From: Eledone cirrhosa
Taxonomy: Eukaryota
Assembly (NCBI GenBank): GCA_964016885.1
Contig: OZ024741.1
Location: 128,340,001 to 128,404,000 of the forward strand
Direction: 5' to 3'
Length of the DNA: 64,000 nt
Positions 13,901 through 31,900 of this stretch are shown piece by piece. The position numbers and the translations under genes were made by a program. Positions within the stretch are counted from its first letter, which is position 1. The number at the start of each line of letters is the position of its first letter. Below the pieces are notes generated by a model. The model was given only the letters and a program-made list of their open reading frames with translations, was not told the origin of the DNA and searched no databases.

Positions 13901-16900
13901 ACTGACATCGCCAACACCACCACCAACACCACCAACACCACTAGCACCTACATCGCCAACACCACCACCAACACCACCACCAACGCCACCACCACCACTA
14001 GCACCTACATCACCAACACCACCACCAACGCCACCACCACCACTAGCACCTACATCGCCAACACCACCACCAACACCACCACCAACACCACCACCAACGC
14101 CACCACCACCACCACTAGCACCTACATCACCAACACCACCACCAACGCCACCACCACCACTAGCACTGACATCGCCAACACCACCACCAACGGCACCACC
14201 ACCACTAGCCACTGACATCGCCAACACCACCACCAACGCCACCACCACCACTAGCACCTACATCGCCAACACCACCACCAACGCCACCACCACCACTAGC
14301 ACCTACATCGCCAACACCACCACCAACGCCACCACCACCACTAGCACCTACATCGCCAACACCACCACCAACGCCACCACCACCACTAGCACCTACATCG
14401 CCAACACCACCACCAACGCCACCACCACCACTAGCACTGACATCGCCAACACCACCACCAACACCACCACCACCACCAGCACTGACATCGCCAACACCAC
14501 CACCAACACCACCACCAACGCCACCACCACCACTAGCACCTACATCGCCAACACCACCACCAACGCCACCACCACCACTAGCACTGACATCGCCAACACC
14601 ACCACCAACGCCACCACCACCACTAGCACCTACATCGCCAACACCACCACCAACACCACCACCACCACTAGCACCTACATCGCCAACACCACCACCAACG
14701 CCACCACCACCACTAGCACCTACATCGCCAACACCACCACCAACACCACCACCACCACTAGCACTGACATCGCCAACACCACCACCAACGCCACCACCAC
14801 CACTAGCACCTACATCACCAACACCACCACCAACGCTACCACCACCACTAGCACTGACATCGCCAACACCACCACCAACGCCACCACCACCACTAGCACT
14901 GACATCGCCAACACCACCACCAACACCACCACCACCACCAGCACTGACATCGCCAACACCACCACCAACACCACCACCAACGCCACCACCACCACTAGCA
15001 CCTACATCGCCAACACCACCACCAACGCCACCACCACCACTAGCACTGACATCGCCAACACCACCACCAACGCCACCACCACCACTAGCACCTACATCGC
15101 CAACACCACCACCAACACCACCACCACCACTAGCACCTACATCGCCAACACCACCACCAACGCCACCACCACCACTAGCACCTACATCGCCAACACCACC
15201 ACCAACACCACCACCACCACTAGCACTGACATCGCCAACACCACCACCAACGCCACCACCACCACTAGCACCTACATCGCCAACACCACCACCAACGCCA
15301 CCACCACCACTAGCACTGACATCGCCAACACCACCACCAACGCCACCACCACCTCTAGCCACTGACATCGCCAACACCACCACCAACGCCACCACCACCA
15401 CTAGCACTGACATCGCCAACACCACCACCAACGCCACCACCACCACAAGCACCTACATCGCCAACACCACCACCAACGCCACCACCACCACTAGCACTGA
15501 CATCGCCAACACCACCACCAACACCACCACCACCACTAGCACCTACATCGCCAACACCACCACCAACGCCACCACCACCACTAGCACCTACATCGCCAAC
15601 ACCACCACCAACGCCACCACCACCACTAGCACTGACATCGCCAACACCACCACCAACGCCACCACCACCACTAGCACATACATCGCCAACACCACCACCA
15701 ACGCCACCACCACCACTAGCACTGACATCGCCAACACCACCACCAACGCCACCACCACCACTAGCACCTACATCGCCAACACCACCACCAACACCACCAC
15801 CAACACCACCACCAACGCCACCACCACCACTAGCACCTACATCGCCAACACCACCACCAACGCCACCAGCACCACTAGCCACTGACATCGCCAACACCAC
15901 CACCACCAACGCCACCACCACCACTAGCACCTACATCGCCAACACCACCACCAACGCCACCACCACCACTAGCACTGACATCGCCAACACCACCACCAAC
16001 GCCACCACCACCACTAGCACCTACATCGCCAACACCACCACCAACGCCACCACCACCACTAGCACTGACATCGCCAACACCACCACCAACGCCACCACCA
16101 CCACTAGCACCTACATCGCCAACACCACCACCAACGCCACCACCACCACTAGCACTGACATCGCCAACACCACCACCAACACCACCACCACCACCAGCAC
16201 TGACATCGCCAACACCACCACCAACACCACCACCAACGCCACCACCACCACTAGCACCTACATCGCCAACACCACCACCAACGCCACCACCACCACTAGC
16301 ACTGACATCGCCAACACCACCACCAACGCCACCACCACCACTAGCACCTACATCGCCAACACCACCACCAACACCACCACCACCACTAGCACCTACATCG
16401 CCAACACCACCACCAACGCCACCACCACCACTAGCACCTACATCGCCAACACCACCACCAACACCACCACCACCACTAGCACTGACATCGCCAACACCAC
16501 CACCAACGCCACCACCACCACTAGCACCTACATCACCAACACCACCACCAACGCTACCACCACCACTAGCACTGACATCGCCAACACCACCACCAACACC
16601 ACCACCACCACTAGCACCTACATCGCCAACACCACCACCAACACCACCACCAACACCACCACCAACGCCACCACCACCACTAGCACCTACATCACCAACA
16701 CCACCACCAACGCCACCACCACCACTAGCACTGACATCGCCAACACCACCACCAACACCACCAACACCACTAGCACCTACATCGCCAACACCACCACCAA
16801 CACCACCACCAACGCCACCACCACCACTAGCACCTACATCACCAACACCACCACCAACGCCACCACCACCACTAGCACCTACATCGCCAACACCACCACC

Positions 16901-19900
16901 AACACCACCACCAACACCACCACCAACGCCACCACCACCACCACTAGCACCTACATCACCAACACCACCACCAACGCCACCACCACCACTAGCACTGACA
17001 TCGCCAACACCACCACCAACGGCACCACCACCACTAGCCACTGACATCGCCAACACCACCACCAACGCCACCACCACCACTAGCACCTACATCGCCAACA
17101 CCACCACCAACGCCACCACCACCACTAGCACCTACATCGCCAACACCACCACCAACGCCACCACCACCACTAGCACCTACATCGCCAACACCACCACCAA
17201 CGCCACCACCACCACTAGCACCTACATCGCCAACACCACCACCAACGCCACCACCACCACTAGCACCTACATCGCCAACACCACCACCAACGCCACCACC
17301 ACCACTAGCCACTGACATCGCCAACACCACCACCAACGCCAGCACCACCACTAGCACTGACATCGCCAACACCACCACCAACGCCACCACCACCACTAGC
17401 ACCTACATCGCCAACACCACCACCAACGCCACCACCACCACTAGCACTGACATCGCCAACACCACCACCAACGCCACCACCACCACTAGCCACTGACATC
17501 GCCAACACCACCACCAACGCCAGCACCACCACTAGCACTGACATCGCCAACACCACCACCAACGCCACCACCACCATCAGCACTGACATCGCCAACACCA
17601 CCACCAACGCCACCACCACCACTAGCACCTACATCGCCAACACCACCACCAACACCACCACCACCACTAGCACTGACATCGCCAACACCACCACCAACGC
17701 CACCACCACCACTAGCACCTACATCGCCAACACCACCACCAACGCCACCACCACCACTAGCACTGACATCGCCAACACCACCACCAACGCCACCACCACC
17801 ACTAGCACCTACATCGCCAACACCACCACCAACGCCACCACCACCACTAGCACTGACATCGCCAACACCACCACCAACGCTACCACCACCACTAGCACTG
17901 ACATCGCCAACACCACCACCAACGCCACCACCACCACTAGCCACTGACATCGCCAACACCACCACCAACGCCACCACCACCACTAGCACTGACATCGCCA
18001 ACACCACCACCAACACCACCACCACCACTAGCACCTACATCGCCAACACCACCACCAACACCACCACCACCACTAGCACTGACATCGCCAACACCACCAC
18101 CAACGCCACCACCACCACTAGCACTGACATCGCCAACACCACCACCAACGCCACCACCACCACTAGCACTGACATCGCCAACACCACCACCAACGCCACC
18201 ACCACCACTAGCACTGACATCACCAACACCACCACCAACGCCACCACCACCACTAGCCACTGACATCGCCAACTCCACCACCAACGCCACCACCACCACA
18301 AGCACTGACATCGCCAACACCACCACCAACGCCACCACCACCACTAGCACCTACATCGCCAACACCACCACCAACACCACCACCACCACTAGCCACTGAC
18401 ATCGCCAACACCACCACCAACGCCACCACCACCACTAGCACCTACATCGCCAACACCACCACCAACGCCACCACCACCACTAGCCACTGACATCGCCAAC
18501 ACCACCACCAACACCACCACCACCACCAGCACTGACATCGCCAACACCACCACCAACACCACCACCAACGCCACCACCACCACTAGCACCTACATCGCCA
18601 ACACCACCACCAACGCCACCACCACCACTAGCACTGACATCGCCAACACCACCACCAACGCCACCACCACCACTAGCACCTACATCGCCAACACCACCAC
18701 CAACACCACCACCACCACTAGCACCTACATCGCCAACACCACCACCAACGCCACCACCACCACTAGCACCTACATCGCCAACACCACCACCAACACCACC
18801 ACCACCACTAGCACTGACATCGCCAACACCACCACCAACGCCACCACCACCACTAGCACCTACATCACCAACACCACCACCAACGCTACCACCACCACTA
18901 GCACTGACATCGCCAACACCACCACCAACACCACCACCACCACTAGCACCTACATCGCCAACACCACCACCAACACCACCACCAACACCACCACCAACGC
19001 CACCAACACCACTAGCACCTACATCGCCAACACCACCACCAACACCACCACCAACGCCACCACCACCACTAGCACCTACATCACCAACACCACCACCAAC
19101 GCCACCACCACCACTAGCACCTACATCGCCAACACCACCACCAACACCACCACCAACACCACCACCAACGCCACCACCACCACTAGCACCTACATCACCA
19201 ACACCACCACCAACGCCACCACCACCACTAGCACTGACATCGCCAACACCACCACCAACGGCACCACCACCACTAGCCACTGACATCGCCAACACCACCA
19301 CCAACGCCACCACCACCACTAGCCACTGACATCGCCAACACCACCACCAACGCCAGCACCACCACTAGCACTGACATTGCCAACACCACCACCAACGCCA
19401 CCACCACCACTAGCACTGACATCGCCAACACCACCACCAACGCCACCACCACCACTAGCCACTGACATCGCCAACACCACCACCAACGCCAGCACCACCA
19501 CTAGCACTGACATCGCCAACACCACCACCAACGCCACCACCACCATCAGCACTGACATCGCCAACACCACCACCAACGCCACCACCACCACTAGCACCTA
19601 CATCGCCAACACCACCACCAACACCACCACCACCACTAGCACTGACATCGCCAACACCACCACCAACGCCACCACCACCACTAGCACCTACATCGCCAAC
19701 ACCACCACCAACGCCACCACCACCACTAGCACTGACATCGCCAACACCACCACCAACGCCACCACCACCACTAGCACCTACATCGCCAACACCACCACCA
19801 CCACTAGCACTGACATCGCCAACACCACCACCAACGCTACCACCACCACTAGCACTGACATCGCCAACACCACCACCAACGCCACCACCACCACTAGCCA

Positions 19901-22900
19901 CTGACATCGCCAACACCACCACCAACGCCACCACCACCACTAGCACTGACATCGCCAACACCACCACCAACACCACCACCACCACTAGCACCTACATCGC
20001 CAACACCACCACCAACACCACCACCACCACTAGCACTGACATCGCCAACACCACCACCAACGCCACCACCACCACTAGCACTGACATCGCCAACACCACC
20101 ACCAACGCCACCACCACCACTAGCACTGACATCGCCAACACCACCACCAACGCCACCACCACCACTAGCACTGACATCACCAACACCACCACCAACGCCA
20201 CCACCACCACTAGCCACTGACATCGCCAACTCCACCACCAACGCCACCACCACCACTAGCACCTACATCGCCAACACCACCACCAACACCACCACCACCA
20301 CTAGCCACTGACATCGCCAACACCACCACCAACGCCACCACCACCACTAGCACCTACATCGCCAACACCACCACCAACGCCACCACCACCACTAGCCACT
20401 GACATCGCCAACACCACCACCAACGCCACCACCACCACTAGCACCTACATCGCCAACACCACCACCAACACCACCACCACCACTAGCACTGACATCGCCA
20501 ACACCACCACCAACGCCACCACCACCACTAGCACCTACATCGCCAACACCACCACCAACGCCACAACCACCACTAGCCACTGACATCGCCAACACCACCA
20601 CCAACGCCACCACCACCACTAGCACCTACATCGCCAACACCACCACCAACACCACCACCACCACTAGCACTGACATCGCCAACACCACCACCAACGCCAC
20701 CACCACCACTAGCACCTACATCGCCAACACCACCACCAACACCACCACCAACACCACCACCAACGCCACCACCACCACTAGCACTGACATCGCCAACACC
20801 ACCACCAACGCCACCACCACCACTAGCCACTGACATCGCCAACACCACCACCAACACCACCACCACCACTAGCACTGACATCGCCAACACCACCACCAAC
20901 GCCAGCACCACCACTAGCCACTGACATCGCCAACACCACCACCAACGCCACCACCACCACTAGCACTGACATCGCCAACACCACCACCAACGCCACAACC
21001 ACCACTAGCACCTACATCACCAACACCACCACCAACGCCACCACCACCACTAGCACTGACATTGCCAAAACCACCACCAACGCCACCACCACCACTAGCA
21101 CTGACATCGCCAACACCACCACCAACGCCACCACCACCACTAGCACCTACATCGCCAACACCACAACCAACACCACCACCACCACTAGCACTGACATCGC
21201 CAACACTACCACCAACGCCACCACCACCACTAGCCACTGACATCGCCAACACCACCACCAACACCACCACCACCACTAGCACTGACATCGCCAACACCAC
21301 CACCAACGCCACCACCACCACTAGCACTGACATCGCCAACACCACCACCAACGCCACCACCACCACTAGCACTGACATCGCCAACACCACCACCAACGCC
21401 ACCACCACCACTAGCACCTACATCGCCAACACCACCACCAACACCACCACCACCACTAGCACTGACATCGCCAACACCACCACCAACGCCACCACCACCA
21501 CTAGCCACTGACATCGCCAACACCACCACCAACGCCACCACCACCACTAGCCACTGACATCGCCAACACCACCACCAACGCCAGCACCACCACTAGCACT
21601 GACATTGCCAACACCACCACCAACGCCACCACCACCACTAGCCACTGACATCGCCAACACCACCACCACCACTAGCACCTACATCACCAACACCACCACC
21701 AACGCTACCACCACCACTAGCACTGACATCGCCAACACCACCACCAACGCTACCACCACCACTAGCACTGACATCGCCAACACCACCACCAACGCCACCA
21801 CCACCACTAGCACAGACATCGCCAACACCACCACCAACACCACCACCACCACTAGCATCTACATCGCCAACACCACCACCAACACCACCACCACCACTAG
21901 CACTGACATCGCCAACACCACCACCAACGCCACCACCACCACTAGCATCTACATCGCCAACACCACCACCAACGCCACCACCACCCCTAACACTGACATC
22001 GCCAACACCACCACCAACACCACCACCACCACTAGCACTGACATCGCCAACACCACCACCAACGCCACCACCACCACTAGCACCTACATCGCCAACACCA
22101 CCACCAACACCACCACCACCACTAGCACTGACATCGCCAACACCACCACCAACGCCACCACCACCACTAGCACCTACATCACCAACACCACCACCAACGC
22201 TACCACCACCACTAGCACCTACATCGCCAACACCACCACCAACACCACCACCACCACTAGCACCTACATCGCCAACACCACCACCAACGCCACCACCACC
22301 ACTAGCACCTACATCGCCAACACCACCACCAACGCCACCACCACCACTAGCACCTACATCGCCAACACCACCACCAACGCCACCACCACCACTAGCACCT
22401 ACATCGCCAACACCACCACCAACGCCACCACCACCACTAGCACCTACATCGCCAACACCACCACCAACGCCACCACCACCACTAGCCACTGACATCGCCA
22501 ACACCACCACCAACGCCACCACCACCACTAGCACCTACATCGCCAACACCACCACCAACGCCACCACCACCACTAGCACCTACATCGCCAACACCACCAC
22601 CAACGCCACCACCACCACTAGCACCTACATCGCCAACACCACCACCAACGCCACCACCACCACTAGCACCTACATCGCCAACACCACCACCAACGCCACC
22701 ACCACCACTAGCACTGACATCGCCAACACCACCACCAACGCCACCACCACCACTAGCCACTGACATCGCCAACACCACCACCAACGCCACCACCACCACT
22801 AGCACCTACATCGCCAACACCACCACCAACGCCACCACAACCACTAGCACCTACATCGCCAACACCACCACCAACGCCACCACCACCACTAGCACCTACA

Positions 22901-25900
22901 TCGCCAACACCACCACCAACACCACCACCAACACCACCACCACCACTAGCACTGACATCGCCAACACCACCACCAACGCCACCACCACCACTAGCACTGA
23001 CATCCCAACACCACCACCACTAGCACCTACATCGCCAACACCACCACCAACACCACCACCACCACTAGCACTGACATCCCAACACCACCACCAACGCCAC
23101 CACCACCACTAGCACCTACACCACCAACACCACCACCAACGCCACCACCACCACTAGCACTGACATCACCAACACCACCACCAACACCACCACCACCACT
23201 AGCACTGACATCGCCAACACCACCACCAACACCACCACCACCACTAGCACTGACATCGCCAACACCACCACCAACGCCACCACCACCACTAGCCACTGAC
23301 TTCGCCAACACCACCACCAACGCCACCACCACTAGCCACTGACATCGCCAACACCACCACCAACGCCACCACCACCACTAGCACTGACATCGCCAACACC
23401 ACCACCAACGCCACCACCACCACTAGCACTGACATCGCCAACACCACCACCAACACCACCACCACCACTAGCACTGACATCGCCAACACCACCACCAACG
23501 CCACCACCACCACTAGCCACTGACATCGCCAACACCACCACCAACGCCACCACCACCACTAGCACTGACATCGCCAACACCACCACCAACGCCACCACCA
23601 CCACTAGCCACTGACATCGCCAACACCACCACCAACGCCACCACCACCACTAGCCACTGACATCGCCAACACCACCACCAACGCCACCACCACCACTAGC
23701 ACTGACATCGCCAACACCACCACCAACGCCACCACCACCACTAGCACTGACATCACCAACACCACCACCAACGCCACCACCACCACTAGCACTGACATCG
23801 CCAACACCACCACCAACACCACCACCAACGCCACCACCACCACTAGCACCTACATCGCCAACACCACCACCAACGCCACCACCACCACTAGCACTGACAT
23901 CGCCAACACCACCACCAACGCCACCACCACCACTAGCCACTGACATCGCCAACACCACCACCAACGCCACCACCACCAGTAGCACTAACATCGCCAACAC
24001 CACCACCACTAGCACTGACATCGCCAACACCAACACCAACGCTACCACCACCACTAGCACTGACATCGCCAACACCACCACCAAAGCCACCACCACCACT
24101 AGCACTAACATCGCCAACACCACCACCAACGCCACCACCACCACTAGCACTGACATCGCCAACACCACCACCAACGCCACCACCACCACTAGCACCTACA
24201 TCGCCAACACCACCACCAACGCCAGCACCACCACTAGCCAATGACATCGCCAACACCACCACCAACACCACCACCACCACTAGCACCTACATCGCCAACA
24301 CCACCACCAACACCACCACCACCACTAGCCACTGACATCGCCAACACCACCACCAACGCCACCACCACCATCAGCACTGACATCGCCAACACCACCACCA
24401 ACACCACCACCACCACTAGCACTGACATCGCCAACACCACCACCAACGCCACCACCACCACTAGCACTGACATCGCCAACACCACCACCAACGCCACCAC
24501 CACCACTAGCACTGACATCGCCAACACCACCACCAACGCCACCACCACCACTAGCACTGACATCGCCAACACCACCACCAACGCCACCACCACCACTAGC
24601 ACTGACATCGCCAACACCACCACCAACGCCACCACCACCACTAGCACCTACATCGCCAACACCACCACCAACGCCACCACCACCACTAGCACTGACATCA
24701 CCAACACCACCACCAACGCCACCACCACCACTAGCACCTACATCGCCAACACCACCACCAACGCCACCACCACCACTAGCACCTACATCGCCAACACCAC
24801 CACCAACGCCACCACCAACGCCACCACCACCACTAGCACTGACATCGCCAACACCACCACCAACGCCACCACCACCACTAGCACTGACATCGCCAACACC
24901 ACCACCAACGCCACCACCACCACTAGCATCTACATCGCCAACACCACCACCAACGCCACCACCACCCCTAGCACTGACATCGCCAACACCACCACCAACA
25001 CCACCACCACCACTAGCACTGACATCGCCAACACCACCACCAACGCCACCACCACCACTAGCACCTACATCGCCAACACCACCACCAACACCACCACCAC
25101 CACTAGCACAGACATCGCCAACACCACCACCAACACCACCACCACCACTAGCATCTACATCGCCAACACCACCACCAACACCACCACCACCACTAGCACT
25201 GACATCGCCAACACCACCACCAACGCCACCACCACCACTAGCACTGACATCGCCAACACCACCACCAACACCACCACCACCACTAGCACTGACATCGCCA
25301 ACACCACCACCAACGCCACCACCACCACTAGCACCTACATCGCCAACACCACCACCAACACCACCACCACCACTAGCACTGAGATCGCCAACACCACCAC
25401 CAACGCCACCACCACCACTAGCACCTACATCACCAACACCACCACCAACGCTACCACCACCACTAGCACCTACATCGCCAACACCACCACCAACACCACC
25501 ACCACCACTAGCACCTACATCGCCAACACCACCACCAACGCCACCACCACCACTAGCACCTACATCGCCAACACCACCACCAACGCCACCACCACCACTA
25601 GCACCTACATCGCCAACACCACCACCAACGCCACCACCACCACTAGCACCTACATCGCCAACACCACCACCAACGCCACCACCACCACTAGCACCTACAT
25701 CGCCAACACCACCACCAACGCCACCACCACCACTAGCCACTGACATCGCCAACACCACCACCAACGCCACCACCACCCCTAGCACCTACATCGCCAACAC
25801 CACCACCAACGCCACCACCACCACTAGCACCTACATCGCCAACACCACCACCAACGCCACCACGACCACTAGCACCTACATCGCCAACACCACCACCAAC

Positions 25901-28900
25901 GCCACCACCACCACTAGCACCTACATCGCCAACACCACCACCAACGCCACCACCACCACTAGCACTGACATCGCCAACACCACCACCAACGCCACCACCA
26001 CCACTAGCCACTGACATCGCCAACACCACCACCAACGCCACCACCACCACTAGCACCTACATCGCCAACACCACCACCAACGCCACCACAACCACTAGCA
26101 CCTACATCGCCAACACCACCACCAACGCCACCACCACCACTAGCACCTACATCGCCAACACCACCACCAACACCACCACCAACACCACCACCACCACTAG
26201 CACTGACATCGCCAACACCACCACCAACGCCACCACCACCACTAGCACTGACATCCCAACACCACCACCACTAGCACCTACATCGCCAACACCACCACCA
26301 ACACCACCACCACCACTAGCACTGACATCCCAACACCACCACCAACGCCACCACCACCACTAGCACCTACACCACCAACACCACCACCAACGCCACCACC
26401 ACCACTAGCACTGACATCACCAACACCACCACCAACACCACCACCACCACTAGCACTGACATCGCCAACACCACCACCAACACCACCACCACCACTAGCA
26501 CTGACATCGCCAACACCACCACCAACGCCACCACCACCACTAGCCACTGACTTCGCCAACACCACCACCAACGCCACCACCACTAGCCACTGACATCGCC
26601 AACACCACCACCAACGCCACCACCACCACTAGCACTGACATCGCCAACACCACCACCAACGCCACCACCACCACTAGCACTGACATCGCCAACACCACCA
26701 CCAACACCACCACCACCACTAGCACTGACATCGCCAACACCACCACCAACGCCACCACCACCACTAGCCACTGACATCGCCAACACCACCACCAACGCCA
26801 CCACCACCACTAGCACTGACATCGCCAACACCACCACCAACGCCACCACCACCACTAGCCACTGACATCGCCAACACCACCACCAACGCCACCACCACCA
26901 CTAGCCACTGACATCGCCAACACCACCACCAACGCCACCACCACCACTAGCACTGACATCGCCAACACCACCACCAACGCCACCACCACCACTAGCACTG
27001 ACATCACCAACACCACCACCAACGCCACCACCACCACTAGCACTGACATCGCCAACACCACCACCAACACCACCACCAACGCCACCACCACCACTAGCAC
27101 CTACATCGCCAACACCACCACCAACGCCACCACCACCACTAGCACTGACATCGCCAACACCACCACCAACGCCACCACCACCACTAGCCACTGACATCGC
27201 CAACACCACCACCAACGCCACCACCACCAGTAGCACTAACATCGCCAACACCACCACCACTAGCACTGACATCGCCAACACCAACACCAACGCTACCACC
27301 ACCACTAGCACTGACATCGCCAACACCACCACCAAAGCCACCACCACCACTAGCACTAACATCGCCAACACCACCACCAACGCCACCACCACCACTAGCA
27401 CTGACATCGCCAACACCACCACCAACGCCACCACCACCACTAGCACCTACATCGCCAACACCACCACCAACGCCAGCACCACCACTAGCCAATGACATCG
27501 CCAACACCACCACCAACACCACCACCACCACTAGCACCTACATCGCCAACACCACCACCAACACCACCACCACCACTAGCCACTGACATCGCCAACACCA
27601 CCACCAACGCCACCACCACCATCAGCACTGACATCGCCAACACCACCACCAACACCACCACCACCACTAGCACTGACATCGCCAACACCACCACCAACGC
27701 CACCACCACCACTAGCACTGACATCGCCAACACCACCACCAACGCCACCACCACCACTAGCACTGACATCGCCAACACCACCACCAACGCCACCACCACC
27801 ACTAGCACTGACATCGCCAACACCACCACCAACGCCACCACCACCACTAGCACCTACATCACCAACACCACCACCAACGCTACCACCACCACTAGCACTG
27901 ACATCGCCAACACCACCACCAACGCCACCACCACCACTAGCACCTACATCGCCAACACCACCACCAACGCCACCACCACCACTAGCACCTACATCGCCAA
28001 CACCACCACCAACGCCACCACCAACGCCACCACCACCACCAACGCCACCACCACCACTAGCACTGACATCGCCAACACCACCACCAACGCCACCACCACC
28101 ACTAGCACTGACATCGCCAACACCACCACCAACGTCACCACCACCACTAGCATCTACATCGCCAACACCACCACCAACGCCACCACCACCACTAGCACTG
28201 ACATCGCCAACACCACCACCAACGCCACCACCACCACTAGCACTGACATCGCCAACACCACCACCAACGCCACCACCACCACTAGCCACTGACATCGCCA
28301 ACACCACCACCAACGCCACCACCACCACTAGCACCTACATCGCCAACACCACCACCAACGCCACCACCACCACTAGCACCTACATCGCCAACACCACCAC
28401 CAACACCACCACCACCACTAGCACCCACATCGCCAACACCACCACCAACGCCACCACCACCACTAGCACCTACATCGCCAACACCACCACCAACACCACC
28501 ACCACCACTAGCACCTACATCGCCAACACCACCACCAACACCACCACCAACGCCACCACCACCACAAGCACCTACATCGCCAACACCACCACCAACGCTA
28601 CCACCACCACTAGCACCTACATCGCCAACACCACCACCAACACCACCACCAACGCCACCACCACCACAAGCACCTACATCGCCAACACCACCACCAACGC
28701 CACCACCACCACTAGCACCTACATCGCCAACACCACCACCAACGCCACCACCACCACTAGCACCTACATCGCCAACACCACCACCAACACCACCACCACC
28801 ACTAGCACCTACATCGCCAACACCACCACCAACACCACCACCAACGCCACCACCACCACAAGCACCTACATCGCCAACACCACCACCAACGCTACCACCA

Positions 28901-31900
28901 CCACTAGCACTGACATCGCCAACACCACCACCAACGCCACCACCACCACTAGCACTGACATCGCCAACACCACCACCAACGCCACCACCACCACTAGCAC
29001 TGACATCGCCAACACCACCACCAACGCCACCACCACCACTAGCCACTGACATCGCCAACACCACCACCAACACCACCACCACCACTAGCACTGACATCGC
29101 CAACACCACCACCAACGCCACCACCACCACTAGCACTGACATCCCAACACCACCACCAACGCCACCACCACCACTAGCACCTACATCGCCAACACCACCA
29201 CCAACGCCACCACCACCACTAGCACTGACATCGCCAACACCACCACCAACACCACCACCACCACTAGCACTGACATCGCCAACACCACCACCAACGCCAC
29301 CACCACCACTAGCACTGACATCGCCAACACCACCACCAACGCCACCACCACCACTAGCACTGACATCGCCAACACCACCACCAACGCCACCACCACCACT
29401 AGCCACTGACATCGCCAACACCACCACCAACGCCACCACCACCACTAGCACTGACATCGCCAACACCACCACCAACGCCACCACCACCACTAGCCACTGA
29501 CATCGCCAACACCACCACCAACGCCAGCACCACCACTAGCACCTACATCGCCAACACCACCACCAACGCCACCACCACCACTAGCACTGACATCGCCAAC
29601 ACCACCACCAACGCCACCACCACCACTAGCACTGACATCGCCAACACCACCACCAACGCCACCACCACCACTAGCACCTACATCGCCAACACCACCACCA
29701 ACGCCACCACCAACGCCACCACCACCACTAGCACTGACATCGCCAACACCACCACCAACGCCACCACCACCACTAGCACTGACATCGCCAACACCACCAC
29801 CAACGCCACCACCACCACTAGCATCTACATCGCCAACACCACCACCAACGCCACCACCACCACTAGCACTGACATCGCCAACACCACCACCAACGCCACC
29901 ACCACCACTAGCACTGACATCGCCAACACCACCACCAACGCCACCACCACCACTAGCCACTGACATCGCCAACACCACCACCAACGCCACCACCACCACT
30001 AGCACCTACATCGCCAACACCACCACCAACGCCACCACCACCACTAGCACCTACATCGCCAACACCACCACCAACACCACCACCACCACTAGCACCTACA
30101 TCGCCAACACCACCACCAACGCCACCACCACCACTAGCACTGACATCGCCAACACCACCACCAACGCCACCACCACCACTAGCACCTACATCGCCAACAC
30201 CACCACCAACGCCACCACCACCACTAGCACCTACATCGCCAACACCACCACCAACGCCACCACCACCACTAGCCACTGACATCGCCAACACCACCACCAA
30301 CACCACCACCACCACTAGCCACTGACATCGCCAACACCACCACCAACGCCACCACCACCACTAGCACCTACATCGCCAACACCACCACCAACGCCACCAC
30401 CACCACTAGCACTGACATCGCCAACACCACCACCAACGCCACCACCACCACTAGCACCTACATCGCCAACACCACCACCAACGCCACCACCACCACTAGC
30501 ACCTACATCGCCAACACCACCACCAACGCCACCACCACCACTAGCACATACATCGCCAACACCACCACCAACACCACCACCAACACCACCACCAACACCA
30601 CCACCACCACTAGCCACTGACATCGCCAACACCACGACCAACGCCACCACCACCACTAGCACTAACATCGCCAACACCACCACCAACACCACCACCACCA
30701 CTAGCACTGACATCGCCAACACCACCACCAACACCACCACCACCACTAGCACTGACATCGCCAACACCACCACCAACGCCACCACCACCACTAGCACTGA
30801 CATCGCCAACACCACCACCAACGCCACCACCACCACTAGCATCTACATCGCCAACACCACCACCAACACCACCACCACCAGCAGCACTGACATCACCAAC
30901 ACCACCACCAACGCCACCACCACCACTAGCACTGACATCGCCAACACCACCACCAACGCCACCACCACCACTAGCCACTGACATCGCCAACACCACCACC
31001 AACGCCACCACCACCACTAGCCACTGACATCGCCAACACCACCACCAACGCCACCACCACCACTAGCACCTACATCGCCAACACCACCACCAACGCCACC
31101 ACCACCACTAGCACCTACATCGCCAACACCACCACCAACACCACCACCACCACTAGCACTGACATCACCAACACCACCACCAACACCACCACCAACGCCA
31201 CCACCACCACTAGCACCTACATCGCCAACACCACCACCAACACCACCACCAACACCACCACCACCACTAGCACTGACATCACCAACACCACCACCAACAC
31301 CACCACCAACGCCACCACCACCACTAGCACTGACATCGCCAACACCACCACCAACGCCACCACCACCACTAGCACTGACATCGCCAACACCACCACCAAC
31401 GCCAACACCACCACTAGCATCTACATCGCCAACACCACCACCAACACCACCACCACCAGCAGCACTGACATCGCCAACACCACCACCAACGCCACCACCA
31501 CCACTAGCACTGACATCGCCAACACCACCACCAACACCACCACCAACGCCACCACCACCACTAGCACTGACATCGCCAACACCACCACCAACGCCACCAC
31601 CACCACTAGCACCTACATCGCCAACACCAACACCAACACCACCACCACCACTAGCACTGACATCGCCAACACCACCACCAACGCCACCACCACCACTAGC
31701 ACTGACATCGCCAACACCACCACCAACGCCACCACCACCACTAGCACTGACATCGCCAACACCACCACCAACACCACCACCACCACTAGCACCTACATCG
31801 CCAACACCACCACCAACGCCACCACCACCACTAGCACTGACATCGCCAACACCACCACCAACGCCACCACCACCACTAGCACTGACATCGCCAACACCAC